A DNA stretch of 61,587 nucleotides from Chiloscyllium plagiosum. Lineage: Eukaryota. A program made the position numbers and the translations under genes. Location: the NCBI RefSeq assembly GCF_004010195.1, contig NC_057719.1, positions 32,899,931 to 32,961,517 on the forward strand. The letters are read 5' to 3'. Numbering within the stretch: position 1 is the first letter of the stretch; each line of letters starts with the position of its first letter. Shown piece after piece: positions 26,215 through 38,999 of the stretch. Under the pieces are notes generated by a model that saw only the letters and a list, made by a program, of their open reading frames with translations, was not told the origin of the DNA and searched no databases.

Positions 26215-26875
26215 GGTAGAAGAGAGAAATATTGAGATATTGGGAAGTATAGATGTCCCTTGTCAATAACTCGCTAACATGCAGGAGCAGCAAGCTATTA
26301 GGAAAGCCAATGAAATGTTATCCTTTATTGCAAGAGGATTTAAGCACACGAGTAGTGAAGCCTTGTTTCAGTTGTTTAAAAGCTTATTTAGAACATACCT
26401 GGAGTACTATGTGCAATTTAGGTCACCCTATCTCAGAAAAGATATCATTGCTACAGATGATGGCAGCATCTTATGAAAAGAGATTCTGAAATGGAGTCTG
26501 TATTCACTGGAGTTTCAAAGAATGAGTGATGATCTCACTGAAATGGAGAGCATCGTTAGAAAGATAGACTGGATGGATGTAGGTCAGATGTTTCCACTTG
26601 TTTGGAAATTGATAACCAGGGGAGACATTTAAAAATAAGGGAGATAACACTTAGAACCAGGCTAAGGAGAAATTTCTTTATTCAGACAGTCGTGAATCTT
26701 TAGAACCCTGAGTTTTGCAAGCTCAGGTTTTGAGTGTATTTGTAGTAGAGGTTAATTCATTTTTGATTATCAATGGCGTAAAAGGTAGTGGAGACAGTGT
26801 GGATAAAAGGCGTTGAACTCCATAATCAGTCATAAACAGATTAAATGACAGAGCAGGCTCAATGGGTTAATGGCT
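26215..26875 (+). mobile_element. Old CR1 3' fragment
   Basis: AIRKANEMLSFIARG...LEYYVQFRSPYLRKDI. Confidence 0.8.
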
Positions 26876-27228
26876 TTTTTTTACTTGTGGGAGTGGGCTT
26901 TACTGGCCAGCATTTACTGCCTACCCACAGCTGCCTTTGAACAGAATTGAGAGTTAGTGAGCAGTTGAGAATCAACCACATTGCTGTGGATCAGGAGTCA
27001 AATGTAGGCCAGATTATGTGAAGATGGCGGACTTCCTTCCCTGAAGGGCATTAGTGAACCAGATGGGTTTTTTCTAACAATCATTTCATGGACATCAGTA
27101 GTTACTTAATTCCAGAATTTAATTCAAATTCCACCATCTACTGTGGTGGGACTTGAATCTGATCCAGAGAACATTAGCTGAGTTTTGGATTAATTGTCTC
27201 GCGATAATACCTCTAGGCCATAGCCTCC
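26875..27228 (-). mobile_element. tRNA-derived SINE, second family
   Basis: Minus-strand head GGAGGCTATGGCCTAGAGGTA, a central CACAGCAATGTGGTTGA block, and the tail shared with the LINE at 600-1043. Homologous to 47431-47797 and 56653-56812. Confidence 0.8.
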
Positions 27229-27278
27229 TCTTTCTCATATATCCTGATGCTGTAGTGACACCAATCACCAGGCTTGTT

Positions 27279-27705
27279 TGATTGAAGAGGAATCAGGCTT
27301 GATTCAAAGCTTCCCCTATCCTTTGTAATTATGTAATGTTTTAATGAGGTGAATTCAGAGAGAATGTTTCCTTTTGTGGGGAAGTGCATAACTAAGAGAC
27401 CATTAATATGAAATCACCACCAAGAAATCCAAAAGGGAATTCAGAAGGAAATCCTGCCCCCGAAGATTGATGAGAATGTAGAACTTGCTAACATAGTGAA
27501 TAGCTGAAACAACAGTGTAGACATATTCAAGAAGTAAGACTAGCATATGAAGGAGACATAGATGGATATACTGATTGAAGAGGAATCAGGCTTGATTCAA
27601 AGCTTCCCCTATCCTTTGTAATTATGTAATGTTTTAATGAGGTGAATGCAGAGAGAATGTTTCCTTTTGTGGGGAAGTGCATAACTAAGAGACCATTAAT
27701 ATGAA
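27279..27705 (+). repeat. 134-bp direct duplication within an old CR1 3' remnant
   Basis: 27279-27412 and 27572-27705 differ at one base (GAATTCAG vs GAATGCAG). Confidence 0.95.
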
Positions 27706-30529
27706 CTGAAGGAGGATAGGAGAAAGACTCAAATTAAAATCATTATAATCACCTGTATGGCTGTATGTCTTATGTAACTCGAGATCACATACAATATAGA
27801 TCTAAACTTACATGGAGCTCTGACAGTTATCTGATAGACAAAAAATAAAAATCAAATAAACTCCTTCTACTATACCACGCATTATGATGTGATTGAATGG
27901 TGCATGGTAATGGGGTTCTGAGATCATGAAGAAATACAGCGAAAAGGCAATCCAGTTGTTTTCCTTAGATTGCAATGAGACCCTGGTTTTTGCCACATTT
28001 TCTTGCCATCCACTAGCCCTTTGGCATAAAATATTTTTACACACGATTTTGGAAGTTTTGGATAGCATTTTTATGACACAGATCAGTCAGAACAGCAGAA
28101 TTTTTCAAGGGCTATCAAATGGAAGTGTATTTCCATGGAAGCATTATACAATGAAAATTAATTTACCTTAACACATCCATCTGCCCCAACAGCATGTAGA
28201 ATAATCTATAACATAATAGATTTACAGATTAGCAAAATAAAAAAATATCATGGGATTGTAGGCACGGACAGTTATGGTAAAGAACAAAGTGTTGAAACTA
28301 TTGATCCATTGGAAACAAAATTGGCTGAAAAATTTAGAATATCTAGTGAGACATAATGAAAAGCAACTAAATTATATGGCTTTGCTATACTAATGTATTT
28401 TGTGTGATGGAAGTAAAGATATGGTTTCGATTAGGTCATTAAGATTCTTCAAGCTTTGGTTAAGTGAGCAAGATGTGCTGGTGAATTTAGAAGGATCAAG
28501 GGATTTCTGTAAGCATAGATAGCTCATTTGGAGACAATGGCCGAAAGTTTCATCACATGAAAAGTCTCTTAGTTGTTTCAAAAATGGCAAATGTGGTTGA
28601 ACATCAGAATTCCCACCTCAAACAAGGTACTTCTAAGTTTTGCTGAGGCAGGAATGGGGTTGGATCCAGATTCCTTTGGGTGTGTTTGACAGAAGCGGCC
28701 TCCTATCAATATCAGTAGCCACCTTCTTTAACTTTGATTGCCCAGGAATGAGAAACCCAATGTATGCAGACTAGAGCTGCTAAAAGTAGGTTGGATAGCC
28801 AATGAACCCCTTTAGAGGATAGTCTACTCCACCGGGGACACTTGAGAAATATACTCTTTGGGAGAGCTTCAGAACTAATAAAAGTCGGCATGCATGTGTA
28901 TGAAAAGTGCTTAAAATTCATTAACAATGTGCTCATTGGAATTGTCAATGAAACTAGCAAAACTGGCAAAATGGTCAATGGAGTATGTGTGTCACTAAGT
29001 GTACAAAGATGTGTTATGTCAAGACTCATAACAAGGTCCAAGCAATAGGAAATGTGTTATTCTCTCTGAATAGTTTTGTTGTAGTAAATCATTGCAGTAA
29101 ATTCACAGTGAATTTTCAACCGAATTGCCTCCAGTGACCTAATTATTCAGCAACGCTGGTCATTAATTGGACTAATGTGTTTCTGATAAACTGACAAATG
29201 GCAAACTTTAGAGAGTTTATATCATTCAGTCGTGTTTTTGCCTTTTCAGAGGAAATTAATTGTGCCTGACAACTGACCTCAGATTTGTTCACATGATTTT
29301 TCAAATCTTGAGTGAGAGTGGTGATTTCTTACTGACAGCAGCTCCTCCACTCAAAACAATATCAGACAAATAGGTAACAAGTGTATAATGGTGTAAGGCA
29401 TGGTGTGAAGGGGAAAATATAGACAGATGCAGTTGCAGATCTTAAGATTCCCTTGGGTTGCAAGAAAGAACAGTCTTGAGTTCAACTGTTTAGCTGCTGT
29501 CTTAGCTATAGATCTCCTGGAAAATGGGTCTAAAACTGTTCTCAGCCATGAGCTATGAAGGGGTTGTTAAGAAGGGTACAGTTATCCATCTTGCTGCATC
29601 ATTCCATCTGATCAAGTACCTCCTGTCTGTTAGATCGCTTTCAGGGAGGGAGAGTGAATAAAATGCTACCTGATGCAGTGTCAAGCAAGCTTATTATCCC
29701 ATTGGAATAGAGTCCCAATCTACAGTTGTCCATTTTCAGGCAAGCACACACAGTGACCTGCAATCACTTTAATAGCTAAAAAGGCAAATGTTGCCCTCTT
29801 GCAGTTAACCTAAATTGTACACCATGTTTGAGAACACTCAATCCAAAGCAACCAGCTCTGTTTGCTGATGAGTTTGAAATCCCAACAGTATGAACACACA
29901 AAGCACAGTCCAATTTATGAGTCGCACTTTTGGCAAAACATGCATTAAGCAAGAATAAAAAGAAAATAACTCATTAAACTAAATAAAAGAACTAATTAAA
30001 CTGCAATAAAAAGTTACCAGGGTTGTTACAGAGCAATATTTCTACTTTACTGGGAGAAAAGCAAGAAACTGAAAATTATTAGTCAAATAAAATGCACACA
30101 TATCAAGGCAATTCCATAATTAGTGTCATAGCTTCAGAATTTGCTCAAGTGTAATTACATGAGGGAAAGAAACAACTATCCTGTGGCAAAAAAAATCTCA
30201 TCAGACTAGCATTTGAACAGAATACTCTAAAGCTAGAAGAAACATCTTTTCCAACGCTGTAATCAAATTCAACTTCTCTTATGAGCTCAACTAATTTAAA
30301 CAACTGAAACTGTTTCTCTCGGTATTATACAAATAAACATCCACTGGTTGATTTGACTGAATATAAATGATTAAGTTTTTCCTTTGGCACAGCAAATCTC
30401 AACTCCCTGCCCAATAATTATGAAACATGGAATGATTATTTTGTCAGGGTGTGAAGCCTATTTCTCTTCTTGAATATGTTTGCACCCCCCAAATCCTTGC
30501 TTATTTTCCTGAAGCTGTATATCTGAATT

Positions 30530-31625
30530 AGATTTCTGTCCCTGCTACAGCACTGAAACAGCTCTTACCAAGGCCATAAATGGCATCCTTTGTGATTGTG
30601 ACCAAGCTCCATCTTTATCATTGTTACAGGGCTGGATTTCTAATGTATATACATCCAGACCCCAGCTCTTCATGACAAGCTTTAGATATATCCACTCTCA
30701 TTTTCAATACTCCAGATAGCTAAAGGCCTGGGATCTCATTCCCCAACCAATCAGTGACAGCAGCCATAAAGTCTCCTGGTGACAGAAGGCCAATCAGAAT
30801 GAGCCTAATAAGGTCTGATCCCTACACTGACTGATGTAACGCAGCAATATGGGCAGCTTATGTGCAGGACTTTTCTAAGCTCAGGGTGAAAAGGTGTGGC
30901 TGATGATGAGGAGGGCAAGTATGGACTGGGATTGGGGTGGTTTACTGCAAGGTAAAATGAGAGAACCCCCTTCAACTGCCTGACCCATAACACAAGCTGG
31001 GCCACAGCCACAGACAATAGCTGACTCCTCCATGCCCCCATACAATCCCACCTTGCCAGAGGAGTTAGCTCTCCCACAGTCATGGCTAGGCTGCTATGGC
31101 TTTGGTAGGAGCTTTCAATCTGTGCATGGAAACTGAGAAGGAGAGGTCAAGTTCTTTTTAACCTTCTAAGATGCCAAAATAGCCTATTAGCTATCACACC
31201 TATTGCTGGCTTACACTGGCTCTTGGACAAGCATTGTCTTGTTTTCAAAATGCTTATTCTGTGTTTTTAATTCCCTCCACAGACAAGATCTCCCTACTTC
31301 TGTAATCTCCTCCAGTCCTCAAACTGTCTGAGGTTCATGTGCTCCTCTCATTCTGGCATTTTGTGCCAAACTATAATTATTCTGCCATTGATGCCACTGT
31401 CTTTAGTTGTCTGCAGGATAGCCTCCCTCCAGCTCTCTGCCTCTCTACCCCAGTTTCCTCATTTAAAGCACTCCTTAAAAACCTGCTTCTTTAACTGAAT
31501 CCTTGTCCTCTGAATCAAAATCCCCATGTCATTTGTTTTCATATTTTGATCTTTATGCCCTCTGAAATTTTTGGGGGTATTTCAGTATATTAAATGTTGT
31601 GTATAAATATAGCTTGCTGTTGTTA
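30530..31625 (+). mobile_element. L2-like LINE remnants with intervening sequence
   Basis: STETALTKAINGILCDCD at about 30548-30602 (L2 RT HSTETAL motif), and an L2-like 3' end at 31270-31625. Confidence 0.5.
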
Positions 31626-31698
31626 CAGTATTGGCAGCTTAAACATTTGAAATGTTGACAACTATTTCTACATTATTTGAATTCCGAATTACCATAAT

Positions 31699-32020
31699 GA
31701 TTAGATTAGATGAGATTTCCTACAGTGTGGAAACAGACCCTTCAACCCAGCAAGTCCACACTGATCCTCCGAAGAGTAACCCACCCAGACCCATTTCCCT
31801 CTCACTAATACACTTAACACTATGGGCAATTTAGCATGGCCAATTCACCTGACCTGCACATCTTTGGACTGTGGGAGGAAACAGGAGCACCCGGAGGAAA
31901 CCCACGCAGACATGGGGAGAATGTGCAAACGCCACACAGACAGTCGCCCAAGGCTGGAATTGAACCTGGGGTCTGGTGCTGTCAGGCAGCAGTGCTAACC
32001 ACTGAGCCACCGTGCCACCC
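31699..32020 (-). mobile_element. HE1 SINE
   Basis: Reverse complement of the HE1 head, V-domain and (AATCT)n tail. Confidence 0.92.
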
Positions 32021-32469
32021 ATAATTCTGAGGATTCTTTTCTATTCTAACCACAATTCTAGCTATTTTCTGGTTGGCGTGGACTTATACTTCATATCAGT
32101 CTTTTGTCAAAAATATATCAGTCTCCGGTTGAATACAGGCTGACATTTGAGGATAGTCTATTTTTTTTCATTTATTCAGTTATGTTCTGTACATCCATTG
32201 CCATTGAGAATAAATTATGGACTAGAAAATGATGCACTTATTCTCTATGTCCAGAGACCAGAACATCATGCAGAATCTTCCCAGCATGCTACAACATGAG
32301 CCATTGTGGGAAATATGGGAATATCGGGTGAGGTGTCCAGCAAGAACCTTCTCAGAATTGAGAGCAAAATGTTGCATTTTTCAGGAAAGTTTTGAACAGG
32401 GAGACCAGCTTCTAACTAAGTTAAAAATCACACAACACCAGGTTATAGTCCAACAGGTTTATTTGAAAG

Positions 32470-32504
32470 CACTAGCTTTCGGAGCATTGCTCCTTCATCA
32501 GGTG
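32470..32504 (-). ncRNA. Minimal type I hammerhead ribozyme motif, core intact
   Basis: Minus strand reads CAC-CTGATGA-A-GGAGC(AAT)GCTCC-GAAA-GC-TA-GTG: stem I CAC/GTG, a perfect 5-bp stem II and palindromic stem III (AGCT). Confidence 0.82.
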
Positions 32505-34130
32505 GTTGTGGAGAATAAGATTGTAAGACACTGAATTTAGAGCAAAAGTTTACAAAGAGCAAAAGTGTGATGTAACTGAAATTAGATATTGAAAAAGACC
32601 TGGATTGTCCATTAAATCTCTTATCTTTTTGAATGACCATGTTGGTTTCAGTTCTTTCATATTTAAATCGCAAAACATTTTTTTAAAAGTTACACTCTCA
32701 AGTGGACTTTAAGAATTGGTGTCATGTTTTTGCCCAGATAATGTATTGAAGCTGTGAGCTTCCCTGTGCGAGGCTGTCTGTGCCACAATGGTCAGACTGA
32801 TTGAAATTTTAAAAACAGATTTACAGATCTTACATGGATTCATGCAGTTTTTGAGCAAAGTAAAATGTAATTCGGCAAGTACAAATTCACCCCACAAACT
32901 TATATGTGTGTGGTGGGGTGAGGGGTGGTTATGAGTGTCTGGAAAAAGTGTGTGTGTGTGTGTGAGTGTAAAGAGGTATAAGTCTGTGAGAGGATGCATG
33001 TGGGATTGTTTCTGAGAGTGTTTGAGAAAGGGTCTGCATGAGTGTGTGCATGTATATAGTGCAATGGGGTCACCTGTGGCATGACATGAACCCAAGGTCC
33101 TGATTGAGGCCATCCTCATGGGTACCAAACCTGGCTATCAGCCTCTGCTTGGCCACTTTTCGTTGTTGCCTGTCCTGAAGTCCATGTTCGAGAGCGGTCA
33201 CCAAAGGTCCGAGGTTGAACATCCCAGACTGTTGAAGTGTTCTCCAACTGGGAGGGAACACTCCTGTCTGTTGATTGTTGTGCTGTGTCCATTCATCTGT
33301 TGCCGTAGGCTCTGCTTGGTCTTGCCTCAGAGCATCCTTGCCTGCAGCGTAGGAGATAGACAACATTGGCTGAGTCGCATGAACACCTGCCACATACATG
33401 GTGGGAAGTGTCCCCATGTGTAATAGTGGTGTCCGTGTTGACACACGGAAACGTGTTATAGCGTCTACTGTGACAAGGTTGTATGCTATCATAATGAAAG
33501 CCGGGCACTTTGCTACGAACAATTATCTGTTTGAGGTTTGGGGTTTGTTTAAAGGCGAGAAATGGAGGCATGGGGAAGGTCTTGGCAAAGTGCTCACTCT
33601 CATTGGTAATGTGTTGCAGGCTGGGCAGAACATGGTGCAGTTTTTCGACTCCTGGAAATACTGGACAATGATAGGTACCCGGTCAGTTGTAGCTCATGTC
33701 AGTCTCCTGAGAAGGTCATTACGGTTTCTCGCTGTGGCAAGTCGGAACTGGTGGTCAATGAGTTGAGCATTGTACCCCATTCTTATGAGGGCATGCCTGA
33801 ACATTTCCAAGTGTCATGTTCCTCCTCATCTGAACAGATCCTGTGTATGCATAGGGCTTGTCCACAGGGGATGGATGTTTTAATATGTTTCAGGTGGGAG
33901 CTGGAGACGTGTAGCATCGTGAGGTTATCCGTGGATTTGCAGTAGAGTGAGATGCTGAGGTGCCCATCCTTGATGGAGATGCATGTGGCCAAGAATGAGA
34001 CAGATAGTAGAGAATAGTCCATGGTGAGTTTGATGGTGGGATGGAACTTGTTGAGTCTTCTCCGTGGGTCCAGTGGAAGAAAATGTCATCAATGTACCTG
34101 GTGTATAGTGTTAGTTGGAGATCCTGCATA

Positions 34131-34458
34131 GGCGGCACGGTGGCACAGTGGTTAGCACTGCTGCCTCACAGCGCCTGAGACCCGGGTTCAATTCCCGCCT
34201 CAGGCGACTGACTGTGTGGAGTTTGCACGTTCTCCCCGTGTCTGCGTGGGTTTCCTCCGGGTGCTCCAGTTTCCTCCCACAGTCCAAAAGATGTGCAGGG
34301 TCAGGTGAATTGGCCATGCTAAATTGCCCGTAGTGTTAGGTAAGGGGTAAATGTAGGGGTATGGGTGGGTTTCGCTTCGGCGGGTCGGTGTGGACTTGTT
34401 GGGCCGAAGGGCCTGTTTCTACACTGTAATGTAATCTAATGTAATGTAATCTAATGTA
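34131..34458 (+). mobile_element. Young full-length HE1 SINE inserted into the PLE RT
   Basis: CpG-rich HE1 with a (GTAAT/CTAAT)n tail. The PLE RT reading continues on both sides. Confidence 0.95.
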
Positions 34459-35799
34459 AAGAAGTCTTGTTTATACCCGTGCATGAAAATGTTGACATAT
34501 TGGGGTGCAAATTTGGTCCCCATGGTTGTTCCATGTATCTGATGAAGAACTGGTTGTCAAAGGTGAAGACGTTGTGATCAAGGATAAAGCGGATGGGTTG
34601 TAGGATGGTGTTTGGAGATTGGCAGTTGTTGGTGTTGAGTACTGAGGCTGTTGCTGCGATGCCATCATTGTGGGGGATGCTGGTGAAGAGTGGGAAACAT
34701 CCATTGTGACAAGGAATGTTCCCGGTTCGACTGGTCCGCTGAGTTTCTGTAAGAAATCTGTAGTGTCGCGACAGAAGCTGGGGTTCTATGAGTGACCAAA
34801 GGCCTAGTAGCATGGATTATTATTTATCATCACCCTTCTTATTACTTAAGCTCACCTCATGAATATGCAGTTTCTCATTTTCCCACTTACTGAATAGAAA
34901 TGAGGTGTCAAGAGTTTTCAATGTGGAAGTCAGAGCAAGTACCTGGTGACTTCACCTTGTAGCTTGCTTCCCTGGAGCTCCAGCTTGGGTTCCTGCCACC
35001 AGAATCTCAGGACACACTCTTTTATCCAGTGACCTGAGACAGCCTCCGTCCACGAACCTTGATATTTGACATGTGCCAGCATTGCCGTATTATCATGCAC
35101 CATCTCCAATCCATTGGCAGTGCACCTTCTGAAGCTCAGTGTTGCTCTCTGGAGTGCTCCAGCACCTTTCATTCCCATGCTAATGACAGGAAATTTTGGA
35201 GACAGACACAAGCACCCGCATTATTGACTGGACCCAGGCTGCATCTCAGGGCTTTTCACTTGTTCTCTCATTTATTTTGAGTCTTTCTGAATACTCACAG
35301 TATATCTACTTTACGTTACCATCCTGTTTTGCACTTTGCCCTGTTGGCTTGAGCTTAAAAGACTCTCATTGCTTCTGTCTTGTCCTACATTTTAGCACAG
35401 CCACAAAGCTAGTCAACCTAGCATTGTTGTCAGCAGTGATCAGTCAATGGAGAGGACATGTTACATTACAGCACAGTTCTATGTCAATCTTAAAACTGCA
35501 CCATGTGCCTCCAGTGCACACAGTGATCACACTGCATTTCAAATGACTATGTCTCAAAGCCTGTGGGGAATAGCCCTTAGTCAAGTTAAGGGAGACATCC
35601 TTCAGACAGGAGGTTGCAATACCATGGTAGCATCCAATACAGGTCAGGAGCTTGGGCATGATTAGTCAGCTGCTCAGGGCAGGCATAGTCAGCAACGTCT
35701 CATCGTCTCATAGTAAGTGGGGACCCAAACGTCAGGCATGCCACCATCTGTCTTGGTGCTTTCTGCTTTATTATGAGGCATTTTCTCTTGCAATTAGAC

Positions 35800-37960
35800 A
35801 CATTTATATGGGTAACCCCTTATTTTCAGCTCATGTCCTCTGGTTCTAAACTTTCCCAAAAGGGGAACAACCATTCCATATCTACCCTGTCAAATCCCTG
35901 AAGAATTTTGTATGCTTCAATATGATTACCTCTCATTCTTCTAAACTTTGATGATTGAAACCTAACCTTACTCAATCTCCCTTCAGAAGACAATCTTTCA
36001 ATGCCACAGATCAACCGACCGAACCTTCTCTGGACTACCTCCAATGCCAGTTTGTCTTTTCTTCAACAAAGGGACAAATTCGGTTCACAGTATTCCAGGT
36101 GTGGTTTAACTAGTGCATTGTGTATTTTTTAACAAACTTTCCCTATTTTTATACTCCATTCTACATATGTTAGCTTCTTGTGATTTAAGCACACTCAAAG
36201 CTTACTGTCCTGTAGCTTTCTACAGTTTTTTTCCCATTTAAATAATATTCATCTCTACTCATCCTGCCAAAATGCATAACTCAAACTTTTCCACATTATC
36301 ATCTATCTGCCCACTCACTTAACCTGATTATATCTCTCTACAGACTCTTTGTGTTATCCATACCTCTTCCCATTTATTTTTGGGTGATCACAAACTTAGT
36401 ATATTGATTTTCCTCATTTCAGTCATTACACATATTGTAAATAATTGTGGCCCCAGTACTGATCCACAAGTCACAAGTTGTCATCCTAAAAAAAAAGTCC
36501 TCATCCCAACTCACTGATTTCCATTAATTAGCTAATCTCTGATCCATGCTGATTTAATATCCCCAAAACCATGGGCTCTTATCTGATTAAGTAGCCTAAC
36601 ATATGGTGCCTTATCACATGCTTTCTGAAAAGCCAAATAAATTACATCCATTGTTTCTCTTTATCTATTCTGCTTATCACTGCCTCCTCTAATAGATTTG
36701 TCAGGCATGGTTTCCTCTTCATTAATATCGACTCTACTTGATCATATTGTGTATTTTTCTAAATGTTGTGCTATTATATTCTTTATAATAAACTCTAGCA
36801 TTTTCCCAATAATTGATGTTAAGCTTACTAGCCTGTAGTTAGCTTTTATTTTTCTTCTATCCTTTAAAATAAGATGTTAAATTGACAATTTTCCAACCAT
36901 CTTAAACTATTCCAGAATCTAAGGATTCTTGGAAGATTGCAAACAGCGCAACCATTATCTCCATAGCTATTTCTTTGAATATTGTATGTATCCATCAGGT
37001 CCAGGTGACCGATTGGTCTTTAACCCCAATATTTTCTCTTGCACTTTTCTCTACTGATAGTTATTGAATTTATTTTCTCTCGTCCATTTCCTCTTTGATT
37101 ATTTAGTATTTGTGAATTGCTATTGACTTCTTCTCTCTGAAGAGTGATGAAAAATATTTATTCAGCTCCGGTGCCATTTCCAGATTGGCTGTTATTATTT
37201 TCCCATCCTCATTCTACGTTCACTTTGGGGTCTTTTTTTAAATATATAAAAAAAGTTTTGCTGTCCATCATTGTTACTTGTAAGCTTACCTTAATGTTCT
37301 TCCTCCTTTCTATTACTTTTTTGGTGTTCTGTTGTTGTTTTGTAAAACTTTCCCTATCCTCTAACTTTGTCAGTTTTTGCTTTGCCACATCATGTGATTT
37401 TCTTTCAAGTTGAATGCATCCTTAACTTCCCTGGTTGATCATCATTTGCTTATCGCCTGCTTAGCCACCCTCCTTCTCACTGGGGTACACATTCACTGTA
37501 AGATATTAACTATTTTCTTAAACATCTGCCACGGGCAGAATGTGCAAACTCCACATAGACAATTGCTCAAGGCAGGAATCGAACCCAGGTCCCTGGCGCT
37601 GTGAGGCAGCAGTGCTAACCACTGAGCCACTGTGCCGCCCCCATATGGTCACTGTTTCCTAGGGGATCATTTATTCTTACATCATTTAGTAAACCTTTCT
37701 CATCATAAGTCACAAGATCTAAAATAGCTTGATCCCTGGCTGGATCTGCAACATTTTGTTTTGAGGAAACTGTCTTAAATACACTCTATGAATTCCTACT
37801 CTGTCAGTCAGACTATCCCAATTGATGTGAAGATTAAAAATCATCTATGATTAAGATACTGCCATTTTTACATGCCCCCATTCCTCCTGATTTATTCTCT
37901 ATCACATTGTAGAGCTACTGCTGAGGAGCCTATAGACTATTCCTACCAATGACTTTGCCA
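35800..37960 (-). mobile_element. Long degenerate CR1 ORF2
   Basis: EVVQRRFGRLI...RRMRGNHIEAYKILQG, plus upstream PGPDG-type sequence (CCATCAGGTCCAGG). Confidence 0.8.
37530..37640 (-). mobile_element. HE1 SINE 5' fragment
   Basis: Only the tRNA head and the start of the V-domain are present. Confidence 0.85.
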
Positions 37961-38999
37961 CTTTTGCAATTCAATGTTCTGTAAGAACATGAATTTATTA
38001 GCATACAGAGTATAACTCTGGGTCAAAAACTCTACACTTGCAAATTATTGTTCTGGATACTGGGAAAAGTTTTGTGATTTATTTTGGCAATTTTGATCAG
38101 CAGAATTGCCATGGGAATTACAACCTATTGAATTAAGTAGGACAGCCACCTGCCCAAGTTTCAAATTTGCATATAAGACTTTTGGTAAGCCCAGTTAGGT
38201 AGTGAAATCTTCTCATTATAAATAGTTTGCTGCAAATCATGACTATTTGTTCTGCTCCAACAGTGCTCCAAAAACAAATGTTATGGTTGCTGGTCTCAAG
38301 TTGTTTGATGTCTCATTTTCTCCATCCAGCACCAAATTGCTGCTCAGTGATTTGCTGTGGCTGAAGCATTTATACACATTTGATAACAAAGCATGCAAGA
38401 AGTTTGGTTGCTGTATCCATTGATGCATGCAACCAGCCTATTAGCATTTTTAGGCTATTACTGGAACCATTACTGCATAAATAGTTTGAATTTGTGAGTT
38501 AGATTCAGCTTAATTGTACTATTGGAATTGCCAAATAATTTTAACTCTGCATCACATTTCCAGATAGTTATGTACAGAAAATTGTATTTGTGTCAATTGC
38601 AAATAAATGGCACAAAGCACAATCGAAAGCCACAGGAAGAAAATGTGCCCGAAAGTGTCTCATCTATTAAGTAAGACTCTTTGTTGAACAGTTTGCAATT
38701 AAGAGCACAGGTAAGCAGAAAAACATTAAAATGTAAGACAAGTATTATATTGCTATCACTTTTAGCACTTTCTAATTAACAGCAGTGGCAAATTGCACTT
38801 AAATGTAGGATCTTTAGCATAGTAAAACTTCCCAGGAGCATGATTAGGCAAAACCTAACACTGAGTCACACATAGGCATTAAGACAGGTGACCCAAAAGC
38901 TTTGTCAGAGATGCAGGTTTAAAGGAATGACTTCAACAATCAGAAAGAAATGTAAAGGTGGAGAGAGAAAATTCCAGGTTTAAATGCTTGGACAACTCA

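Larger units (their letters stand above)
32420..34785 (-). mobile_element. Penelope-like element (second family), 5'-truncated and degenerate
   Basis: RT fragments LFTSIPHNDGI, FILDHNVFTFDNQFF and YTRYIDDIFF. GIY-YIG region CDSANVVYLLRCRQGC and QRLIARFGTHEDGLNQDLGFM. The 3' region has a (CA)n tract and a hammerhead. Confidence 0.92.

Noticed and set aside
34930..35760. Possible Harbinger transposase remnant (IIDWTQ resembling IDCTH)
   Set aside because: The similarity is too short and weak to support.
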